The translations under genes were made by a program, and so were the position numbers. Under the pieces are notes generated by a model. The model was given only the letters and a program-made list of their open reading frames with translations. It was not told where the DNA came from and made no database searches. From positions 1 to 64,000 of IMG/VR virus record IMGVR_UViG_3300008448_000045: a stretch of DNA of 64,000 nt; one strand, 5' to 3'. This document shows positions 1-6,941 of the stretch, in pieces; positions within the stretch are counted from its first letter, which is position 1; every line of letters starts with the position of its first letter. The stretch comes from a virus.

Positions 1-660
1 AGCAGCGGGATATGCGTTGCTCTTTGGCATTTGTCCGCCAACTGCACCGTAGCCACCCGAGCCTCCCATACCACCGGTTCCCTGTCTAGGATTAATATTA
101 GGTGTTATTTGTGTTGCTACTAGATGTTCAAAATTTGGTGCAAGATCTTTAATTATATATTGCTCGGGTCGTTTACCTTCGCTTTCGTTTACAATAATTT
201 TTACAATTTTGCTAGGATCAACATAACTCCATTTTTGATTTTCTGGATCACGAATAAAGAATGCATCACCATATTTGAATACATTACGTAGAATTCTAAA
301 TATCCGTGTGTCAAATTTTTGCAGCTTACACCATTGTTGTAGATATTCACCTAGTATTTTAATTTCTGTATTAGTTGCTCGATGTCTCCATTGTACACTA
401 AATGGAGTTTTACCGTCTTTTAGTTTTTGTGTGGTAAATTCTGCTAGAATATCTAGTGCAGCATTTACTTCTGGATCGCTGTCCATCACTTCGTATTGTT
501 GATATCTTTCAATACGATTTGGACTACCTGTATAAACATCAGGCAAGTAGCTTGAATAGTTTGACTTTGCAGGGCCTACTTTATTTCCAGAGTTCATTCC
601 AGATATTGGACTCAATTGAGTTCCAATTGGTGCAGGAGTAAAATATTTTTTCCAACTCAT
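1..660 (-). CDS. gp20: Portal vertex protein, T4 gp20-like (N-terminal part; runs off the left edge, absent from the ORF track)
   Basis: ATG at 660; frame translated by hand at both ends, MSWKKYFTP...PNRIERYQQYEVMDSDPEVNAALDILAEF. The RY..Y..MD.D.EV..A.D.I pattern matches gp20-type portals. Confidence 0.85.
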   Translation of the reverse strand, partial: MSWKKYFTPAPIGTQLSPISGMNSGNKVGPAKSNYSSYLPDVYTGSPNRIERYQQYEVMDSDPEVNAALDILAEFTTQKLKDGKTPFSVQWRHRATNTEIKILGEYLQQWCKLQKFDTRIFRILRNVFKYGDAFFIRDPENQKWSYVDPSKIVKIIVNESEGKRPEQYIIKDLAPNFEHLVATQITPNINPRQGTGGMGGSGGYGAVGGQMPKSNAYPAA

Positions 661-677
661 TTAAATTTAACCTTTTG

Positions 678-3107
678 TTATCTCACAGATATGTTTGGAT
701 CTAAACGTCTAGTTGCCCTAACCTGCCTTTCTGTTACACCAACCAATTCTGATAGTTGACCTACTACAGAAGATCCCATAGTTGTATTTAATTGATTTAA
801 TAGTTCTTTGAGTTCATCTAGAGCAACGTTGTTAATAGGATTTTCTGCTGGAGTAGCTGGCTGAACTGTAGTTGGTTCAACTCTTCTTCTAGCTTCTTCT
901 TGTCTTTGGTTTTCGTATCTAGCCTGTTGAATTTCTGTAGGAATTATCCTTACCAGATCTCTAGTTTGATTTTGTCCAATTGTAGGAATAATAGTTGTTA
1001 GGTCAGACATTCCTCTATTAAACGCATCGGCAATTGTTGGCATCACACGCTGGAACTCAACAAATGCTGTGTTAATAGTATCGTCAAAGTTAGTTTCTAC
1101 GGTAGGTTGAACTTCGAGCTTGTTTTCTTTCATTGATGCAGCTATAGACTCAACGGTTGATGATAGTTTTTCTCCTAGTGTGTCAATTGATTGTCTATCA
1201 AATGTTACAGTATTTGGTATATTTGCAGGAGATATTTTTGTTTGTATATCTTTAAACATGTCTGTAAACAAATTAATATAAGTCATATCAGATTTGTCGC
1301 CTGGTGATACTGCTGTTTCTAAAGAACTAGCAATATTACGCATAGCATCTAGACTACTTCCTGCAGAATTTCTAGCAAAATTCATTAATTGTTCGTCAGT
1401 GAACACAGTTTCTTTATCTTTAAGTTGAACAATTGGGTTTCCGACTTCTCGCAATCGTCCTGTTTCTCCTATTGTACCACCGTGACGAGGTGGTACATCG
1501 GGTGCAGATGCTCTAGCGGCCTGTTTTAATAAGTCGAGCATTGCATCGCCAAACCCTTGGGCAACCATTTTGCCCATAGTGAACGCTTCTTGTAGCACAG
1601 TACTTCCTAGATCAACACCCGATGTTTTAAGAAAGCTGGTAATTTCAGTTGTAATTTCTTTTAGTTTTCCGCTGATATCCTCTGGCTTTAATGTTCCGTC
1701 TTTTATCTTTTTCATTACATCGTCAAATTTGTCACCAAATCTGTCAGCGAACGGTTTGCCTCCTACTTCTTTGACATTTTGCAGAATATCTAAAGCCTTA
1801 GCAACTGTGTCAGTCTTGCCTAGTGCTGTGTTACCTGCATCGATCATCCTTGATAAAACTGTTTGTGCGTCTGCTAGTCTAGCTTGAGTTCTTAAAAAGA
1901 GTTCTGTTGTTTGGGCGCCTGCTATAGCTTGCCCTGAGCGATTTTGTCCTTGTGCATAGTTTTCAGCTTGAATCCTTAGATTATTAAGTGCTTCTCTCTG
2001 ATCAATGTGTCGTTTTTCAACTTCTAAAACTCTTGCTTGCTCAGCAGCAATTGCATCTCTTAAACCTTGGCTTTTAATAAACGTTTCGCCAAGAACCTCA
2101 AACGCGGCGCCTTGATTTTTTGCAATATTAGTTAAGTTAGGATCTGATTCCATTCGTTTTGCTACATTTGCTAGTGCATTTGTAACTGCATCTTGAGCTT
2201 CTTTTATCTTATCTTTGTCACCTGTTCGAGATGCTTCTTTTAGTTGAGTCATCACTGTACGCAATTCGCTACCGATATCACCGCCTAACGCTGATACTAA
2301 GTCTATTGATTTTTGTGTAAGCCTGCCACCTAAGAACATATCTCTTACAAGGTCTTCCATAGGTTTGCCAAATTGTCTAAATTGATTGGCTGCAATATCG
2401 TACTGTGCTTTTATGTTAGCGTTTCCGTTCTTTTGTTCCTGGAGTAATGTTGCCTGCAACCTTGCATCCTGTTGTCTTTCAAATACTGCATCTTGCTGTG
2501 CTTTTCTGCTTAATCCGGATATCTGTGCAACTTTATCCATTTCTGTTGCTAGGTTATAGGCTGCTTCTTGTGCTGCTTTGTTAGCTGCGCTACCTTCTGC
2601 ATACATACGTCTATTACCAGTATTGGCCAAGGCAAGCACTTCGTTATACTCTTTTACGGTAAATCCAGCTTTCATCAACTGGTCGCCAAAATTTGTACCA
2701 AATTCGTAACTTAGTTGATTAAATTTTCTAGCACTATCGCTCATAATACCGCCAAATGCGGTAAATCCTTGCGATGCTCTAGATAGTACTTGTGAATATT
2801 CCTCAACTGACAGTCTAGTAGTTCCAATACTACTACGTAATGCTACCGCATCAGAACCAAAATTTATACCAAGGTTACTGGCATTTCTCCACACATCTAT
2901 TGTGTCGCCAACAGCTTTAACCATTCCTGACACGCCAGATGTAAACAAGGTAACTACACCAGGCAGCTCAGGTAGTTTCATTCCCGTAGCTGGACCATTA
3001 GGTGTTTGCGGGCCCCCTAGATTAATTCGACTAGTAACCATAGCCGAAGCCATGGCTTTTTTCATTGAGTCTTCAAATTCTTGCGGAGTCATGGTAGGTA
3101 AAGTCAT
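678..3107 (-). CDS. Tape-measure-like / tail length determinator protein (809 aa)
   Basis: Ala/Gln-rich, helical-looking protein with a TMP-type HGG..GE.G....V...E.V motif; divergent from a frameshifting chaperone-like gene. Confidence 0.55.
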   Translation of the reverse strand: MTLPTMTPQEFEDSMKKAMASAMVTSRINLGGPQTPNGPATGMKLPELPGVVTLFTSGVSGMVKAVGDTIDVWRNASNLGINFGSDAVALRSSIGTTRLSVEEYSQVLSRASQGFTAFGGIMSDSARKFNQLSYEFGTNFGDQLMKAGFTVKEYNEVLALANTGNRRMYAEGSAANKAAQEAAYNLATEMDKVAQISGLSRKAQQDAVFERQQDARLQATLLQEQKNGNANIKAQYDIAANQFRQFGKPMEDLVRDMFLGGRLTQKSIDLVSALGGDIGSELRTVMTQLKEASRTGDKDKIKEAQDAVTNALANVAKRMESDPNLTNIAKNQGAAFEVLGETFIKSQGLRDAIAAEQARVLEVEKRHIDQREALNNLRIQAENYAQGQNRSGQAIAGAQTTELFLRTQARLADAQTVLSRMIDAGNTALGKTDTVAKALDILQNVKEVGGKPFADRFGDKFDDVMKKIKDGTLKPEDISGKLKEITTEITSFLKTSGVDLGSTVLQEAFTMGKMVAQGFGDAMLDLLKQAARASAPDVPPRHGGTIGETGRLREVGNPIVQLKDKETVFTDEQLMNFARNSAGSSLDAMRNIASSLETAVSPGDKSDMTYINLFTDMFKDIQTKISPANIPNTVTFDRQSIDTLGEKLSSTVESIAASMKENKLEVQPTVETNFDDTINTAFVEFQRVMPTIADAFNRGMSDLTTIIPTIGQNQTRDLVRIIPTEIQQARYENQRQEEARRRVEPTTVQPATPAENPINNVALDELKELLNQLNTTMGSSVVGQLSELVGVTERQVRATRRLDPNISVR

Positions 3108-3132
3108 AAAAAAAATCCAGAAAATATGCGTA

Positions 3133-3140
3133 TATAAATA
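3133..3140 (+). promoter_or_regulatory. T4-type late promoter TATAAATA
   Basis: Exact T4 late consensus 30 nt upstream of ATG 3171, with GGAG Shine-Dalgarno; a gp55-like sigma factor is encoded in the window. Confidence 0.75.
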
Positions 3141-3151
3141 CGATTATATAA

Positions 3152-3158
3152 TATTTAT
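3152..3158 (-). promoter_or_regulatory. Late promoter-like ATAAATA for the tape-measure/portal transcript
   Basis: TATTTAT on the plus strand, about 45 nt upstream of the 3107 start. Confidence 0.6.
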
Positions 3159-3170
3159 CCGGAGAAAATA

Positions 3171-3998
3171 ATGGCTGAAAACCCTTTAAAGAAGTTTTTT
3201 AGACAACCTAAGGTCTTTGTAACCTTGCCTAGTGGAGGCATTTTTAACAAACCCGGGAGTCTATCTGGTTCTCCTGAAAATATGCCTGTTTACGGAATGA
3301 CTGGCATGGACGAAATTATTATTAAAACTCCGGATGCATTACTCAGCGGTGAAAGCACTGTGCGAGTTGTTCAAAGCTGTTGTCCAAATATTGTTGACGG
3401 CTGGGATATTAACAATCTAGACATTGATGCAATTTTAGTTGCTATTAGGATTGCTACCTACGGTAATACTATGCCGGTTGTTCATGTTTGTTCTAACTGT
3501 AAAACTGACAATAACTACGACATTAACCTTAGCACTTATTTAGAACATTTTACACAATGTTCGTTTGACTCAGATGTAGTTGTAGGCGATCTTAAAATTA
3601 AAATTAAACCTTTAACTTATAAACAAGCAACAGAGTTTAACTTAGAAAATTTTGCTCTACAAAAACGATTAAATCAAATAGTTGAACTAACCACAGGCGA
3701 CGAGCGTACTACACTAATGACTGACATTTTTAACGAACTAGGTCTTTTACAAAATAAAATTACAGTTTCTAGTATTCAGCAAGTTGAAACACCTACCGGA
3801 GTAGTTACTGAATATAGTTTTATTAAAGAGTGGTTAGATAACTGTGACAAAACTATTTTTGATGCTATCAAAGAAACAATTAATAAAAACAGTGATGCAT
3901 GGCGTGTTCCAGATCAAAAAATTAAGTGTGATAGTTGCGGACACGAAGACGCTATTGCTGTTGAATTGGATCAAGCAAATTTTTTCGCAGGCGCCTAA
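3171..3998 (+). CDS. Baseplate hub / tail assembly chaperone, T4 gp26-like (275 aa, zero-frame product)
   Basis: FRQPK..V.LPS.G N-terminus, MT..DE, D.DA.L.AIR..TYG, two CxxC pairs; ends ANFFAGA. Confidence 0.65.
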   Translation: MAENPLKKFFRQPKVFVTLPSGGIFNKPGSLSGSPENMPVYGMTGMDEIIIKTPDALLSGESTVRVVQSCCPNIVDGWDINNLDIDAILVAIRIATYGNTMPVVHVCSNCKTDNNYDINLSTYLEHFTQCSFDSDVVVGDLKIKIKPLTYKQATEFNLENFALQKRLNQIVELTTGDERTTLMTDIFNELGLLQNKITVSSIQQVETPTGVVTEYSFIKEWLDNCDKTIFDAIKETINKNSDAWRVPDQKIKCDSCGHEDAIAVELDQANFFAGA

Positions 3999-4040
3999 CA
4001 AGACTCTCTAACGAAGAAATTGAAGAATATCTTGTTAGGC
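3980..4040 (+). promoter_or_regulatory. Programmed -1 ribosomal frameshift signal
   Basis: In-frame T TTT TTC heptamer (3980-3986), 6-nt spacer, then a perfect 11-bp stem GCCTAACAAGA (3993-4003) / TCTTGTTAGGC (4030-4040). Confidence 0.8.
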
Positions 4041-4219
4041 TAGATCGAGAAGTATTAGACTTTAAAACAGACTTGTTTAGAATAAGTTGGTTTATGCGTG
4101 GTGGTGTTAATATCAACGACCTATTCCATACTTACTCTGCTGAGGATATTGAAATTTTAAGTAAAATAATTAAAGAAAATATTGAAACTACTAAAGCTAC
4201 ACAAATGAATATTCTTTAA
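3980..4219 (+). CDS. -1 frame extension of the chaperone (GT-like fusion, about 349 aa total); absent from the ORF track
   Basis: Open frame FFRRRLTRLSNEEIEEYLVRLDREVLDFKTDLFRISWFMRGGVNINDLFHTYSAEDIEILSKIIKENIETTKATQMNIL*. It fills the gap exactly to the convergent stop at 4220 and has no ATG before its midpoint. Confidence 0.75.
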   Translation, partial: FFRRRLTRLSNEEIEEYLVRLDREVLDFKTDLFRISWFMRGGVNINDLFHTYSAEDIEILSKIIKENIETTKATQMNIL

Positions 4220-5092
4220 TTATCGAGAACTTGGCCCTAGTCCATCTCCCCATTTCTTACCGGGAGTTTGACTCCAATCGTCAGCTTTAGACGATGTAGA
4301 ATCAATATCTTGTTTGGCATTAGGATCTTGACGGTCAGGTGTGCCAGAATTGTTAGATGTACTAGATCCTGAACTAGACTTGCCCATTAGCCATGTAGCT
4401 AATTTTTCAGTTGCATTGAATCCAACTCCAACACCAAATACTAGAATTCCTAAATTTTCAGTAAGTACATCTTGGCCTGCTGGGGTTAAAAAGAAAGAAT
4501 AAGCAGCCGCGGCACCCGTTGTTGTTCCAATTGCTCTTGTAATTACAGCCGCGGACTTAGCGCCTGAGGCATTTAGTAGCCACGGAAGTCTTCCTAGTAC
4601 CCAGTTTACTCCAACCTTCTGGCCAAGTTTAAGAGCAATTTTAGGTGCAATAATTCTTGTGATCATAGCACCACGTAGTTCTGTTAGTTTTTCTTGATAC
4701 TGTGCAGCTGTCATGTTGCCTTTTTTATATTCACTGTCTAGAGCCGGTTTAGCTACACCCCAATACCAAGCAACATTACCAATAATGTTAGCCCATCCCA
4801 TCCAGCTGATTAATTCTTTTGAATAGTGCCCAAGTACTTTGGCCTTAAGACTGGCAGATAATTCTTTTTCTGCTTGAGCTAGTAGTTTGTCGTCAACACG
4901 CTTTTCCAACTTGGCCCACATGGACAACTCAGGAGTAACTTTTTCAGCAGCAACTGCTAGATCAGCAGCTCCCCTTTCTGCGCCAGCCATAGCTCGTTGT
5001 GCAGGTGTTGAAGATCTTCCGGCGCCTTTTTCAAAGCCACGCATAAATGCATCAAACACGCCTTCATTAGTAATTACGTCAAGGATTTTCAT
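4220..5092 (-). CDS. Hypothetical late protein with hydrophobic segments (possible virion-internal/ejected protein, 290 aa)
   Basis: Long ORF with upstream ATAAATA; Gly/Ala-rich hydrophobic stretches; low-complexity C-terminus. Confidence 0.5.
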   Translation of the reverse strand: MKILDVITNEGVFDAFMRGFEKGAGRSSTPAQRAMAGAERGAADLAVAAEKVTPELSMWAKLEKRVDDKLLAQAEKELSASLKAKVLGHYSKELISWMGWANIIGNVAWYWGVAKPALDSEYKKGNMTAAQYQEKLTELRGAMITRIIAPKIALKLGQKVGVNWVLGRLPWLLNASGAKSAAVITRAIGTTTGAAAAYSFFLTPAGQDVLTENLGILVFGVGVGFNATEKLATWLMGKSSSGSSTSNNSGTPDRQDPNAKQDIDSTSSKADDWSQTPGKKWGDGLGPSSR

Positions 5093-5112
5093 TATAGTAT
5101 TCTCTTACAGAA

Positions 5113-5119
5113 TATTTAT
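5113..5119 (-). promoter_or_regulatory. Late promoter-like ATAAATA
   Basis: 20 nt upstream of ATG 5092. Confidence 0.55.
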
Positions 5120-5199
5120 GCTCTTTCTAGATCGTCTACGCCGATCTGTTCTTCGCTATCGCTCGAACTTATCTCTTTTCTTTAATTATGAAAGTATTA

Positions 5200-5588
5200 T
5201 AAACGCGAAGCGTTTAAAGATATTATCTAGATTGTGTAGTCACACTTAGCCCTTGCGGGCTAAAAAATGAACATTATCTGAGTTGAGCAGTTCACTTAGC
5301 GTTAACACTACAAGCATTTAGCTAGCTTAGGCGGTTATCCGGTACCTAATCATGTCGTCTTATACAACGGCGGGTCTGTACACATACGCTAACACGCATA
5401 CAGCCGTGGGTTTTTCACCCTCTTTTAGCCTATTTAAAATTCTTTTTAAACAGCAAAACCAGTTGTATGTAGGCATATCTGATCATCGTCCTGTAAAGGA
5501 TAGTTGCTGAGTACTCTTAACGGCGAGAGATTTCCTTACCCTGCGACATCACCAGGGATTTGAGCGCACGAATTTAGCCTGCGCTAGC
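5200..5588 (-). ncRNA. Putative large structured ncRNA (about 350-400 nt; boundaries approximate) or RNA-primed origin element
   Basis: Largest intergenic gap in the window. At least 9 helices; a GCAA tetraloop and several G-U pairs form only on the minus strand. Confidence 0.65.
5221..5300. repeat. Imperfect ~30-nt direct repeat pair (5221-5250 and 5272-5300)
   Basis: tattatctagattgtgtagtcacacttagc versus cattatctgagttgagcagttcacttagc. Confidence 0.65.
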
Positions 5589-6032
5589 TTAGACCGTTTG
5601 TTTTGCCTGTAGTTGTTCTTGTAGGCGTTGCCTTAGGATATTTGACCCGCCAACTCTAACATTAATAATACCGTTATAGTATTCGTCTGTTTCGAGTACA
5701 CGACGTTCAAACTGTTCTCTTGCCTCTAGATAGGACATTTCTGCCTTGGATTTGCAAAGATAAAGTATTTCTCGTTGGAAGTTTTCCGGACCTAGTTCTG
5801 TGACGTCTGCCTGTAGTCTATCACTTGATCCCCAGTAGTCGCGCCAATCGCTTTCTACTGTAGATCTACGTTTAAGTTTTTTGCCTTTGAGTGGTGGTTT
5901 CGTGCGTTTAAACTGTGCTAGTTTTTTGCCTATGTATTTTTGTCCGGTTTTTAGATTTGTGATGAGATACACAAAGCCGATACAGCCTTCGGGTATTTCT
6001 TCAACTAAACGATTTTGATAGTGCCACGTCAT
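5589..6032 (-). CDS. Stand-alone GIY-YIG family endonuclease (147 aa)
   Basis: GFVYLITN...KYIGKK motif, a candidate catalytic Glu in SYLEARE, and YYN; Lys/Arg-rich loop; no appended DNA-binding domain. Confidence 0.8.
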   Translation of the reverse strand: MTWHYQNRLVEEIPEGCIGFVYLITNLKTGQKYIGKKLAQFKRTKPPLKGKKLKRRSTVESDWRDYWGSSDRLQADVTELGPENFQREILYLCKSKAEMSYLEAREQFERRVLETDEYYNGIINVRVGGSNILRQRLQEQLQAKQTV

Positions 6033-6047
6033 GTAATATATACCTGA

Positions 6048-6305
6048 CTACTGAGCACCACCACCCTTCTTTTGAGCCTGTCTGCGAGCCTCTTTAGCTG
6101 CTAATTCTTTTTCTTTTTCCACTGACCAATCACGAATAACCACACGCCTACGTGAACATATTCGCCTAATTTCACTTAGGCTCTTACGGAGACGTACAGC
6201 AGATGCTTTGGTCCCCTCGTTGATCCACTGTTGGTTTAGTTCAAAATAACGCCTAAACTCAGCTAGCAGCTCAGCATGTAGTTGTTCATCTTGATTGGGT
6301 AGCAT
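6048..6305 (-). CDS. Small basic helical protein, Hc1 (histone H1-like) family-like
   Basis: EG.KASAVRLRKSL.EI pattern resembles the Hc1 KGNKAAAQRVR motif. Confidence 0.5.
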   Translation of the reverse strand: MLPNQDEQLHAELLAEFRRYFELNQQWINEGTKASAVRLRKSLSEIRRICSRRRVVIRDWSVEKEKELAAKEARRQAQKKGGGAQ

Positions 6306-6732
6306 TTAATAATTTTTCCGCCTCTGTGTCTACAACCCGCTGTCTAAGCTCGGTAGTAGAAAATGTGTGTTGCCTTTTGTTAAAATAAAAATCTATGCCT
6401 TTGTTTAGACACTCTACCTTGCCAGTGAAGTGTCGATTTTCGTATTCCTCACCTAAAATCCTAATGTTTATAGGATATGCAAGAAATATGTCAACTAATT
6501 CTTTTTCTGTAGAGTAAGGTATTATTTCATCTACATACTTGCAGGCTTCAAGCTGCACATATCTTTCAAACATACTTTGTACAGGTTTGTTTTTAGTACT
6601 AGGGCGATCAATAGTGGGATCTGTTTGCAGTCCCACTATCAGTCGATCACAAACAGTTCGTGCTTCTTTGAGCATGATAATATGCCCTGCATGAAACAGA
6701 TCAAATGTTGAACAGGTAAATCCTATGATCAT
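6286..6732 (-). CDS. Cytidylyltransferase, TagD/glycerol-3-phosphate cytidylyltransferase-like
   Basis: TFDLFHAGH (HxGH), LIVGLQTD, CKYVDE and R...FSTT motifs. Confidence 0.85.
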   Translation of the reverse strand: MIIGFTCSTFDLFHAGHIIMLKEARTVCDRLIVGLQTDPTIDRPSTKNKPVQSMFERYVQLEACKYVDEIIPYSTEKELVDIFLAYPINIRILGEEYENRHFTGKVECLNKGIDFYFNKRQHTFSTTELRQRVVDTEAEKLLNATQSR

Positions 6733-6941
6733 TTTGTTTGACTCATGATAAACTCAGCGTGGTCTCCGTTGATCGGAGCACCTTGATAAACTAGATGATC
6801 GTGCATGGCCATCATAGCATTGGCAAACCAAGCTAGCATAATATCATCCTCAATATTACAATGGGGGTGAGTTTCTCTAAAGAAGTTAGTCCACGCCTGA
6901 GCATCAGGATTTGAATGTATGGTCATGTCATAGTTGTTCAT
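6729..6941 (-). CDS. Hypothetical protein (70 aa)
   Basis: ATGA-coupled to both neighbours. Confidence 0.65.
   Translation of the reverse strand: MNNYDMTIHSNPDAQAWTNFFRETHPHCNIEDDIMLAWFANAMMAMHDHLVYQGAPINGDHAEFIMSQTK

Noticed and set aside
275-641. Plus-strand ORFs 275-502 and 456-641
   Set aside because: Antisense shadows of the portal gene.
4887-5249. 120-aa plus-strand ORF entering the non-coding region
   Set aside because: Mostly antisense to the 290-aa gene, non-ATG start and no protein-like features; it does not explain the structured region.
5246-5267. Hairpin as a simple intrinsic terminator
   Set aside because: The U-run lies 5' of the stem on the minus strand and an A-run lies 3' on the plus strand, so neither orientation gives hairpin plus U tail.
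5221-5300. Mini CRISPR array
   Set aside because: Only two degenerate copies, a 21-nt gap, and no cas genes in the window.
5370-5406. Resemblance of GGCUGUAUGCG...GUACAG to group II intron domain V
   Set aside because: No AGC/CGC triad, no GNRA loop or 2-nt bulge in register, no domain VI, no RT gene and no split host gene.
5100-6032. Group I intron carrying a GIY-YIG homing endonuclease
   Set aside because: The flanking genes look complete rather than exon halves, and I could not find P7 (R/S) elements in the right order. A covariance search is still advisable.
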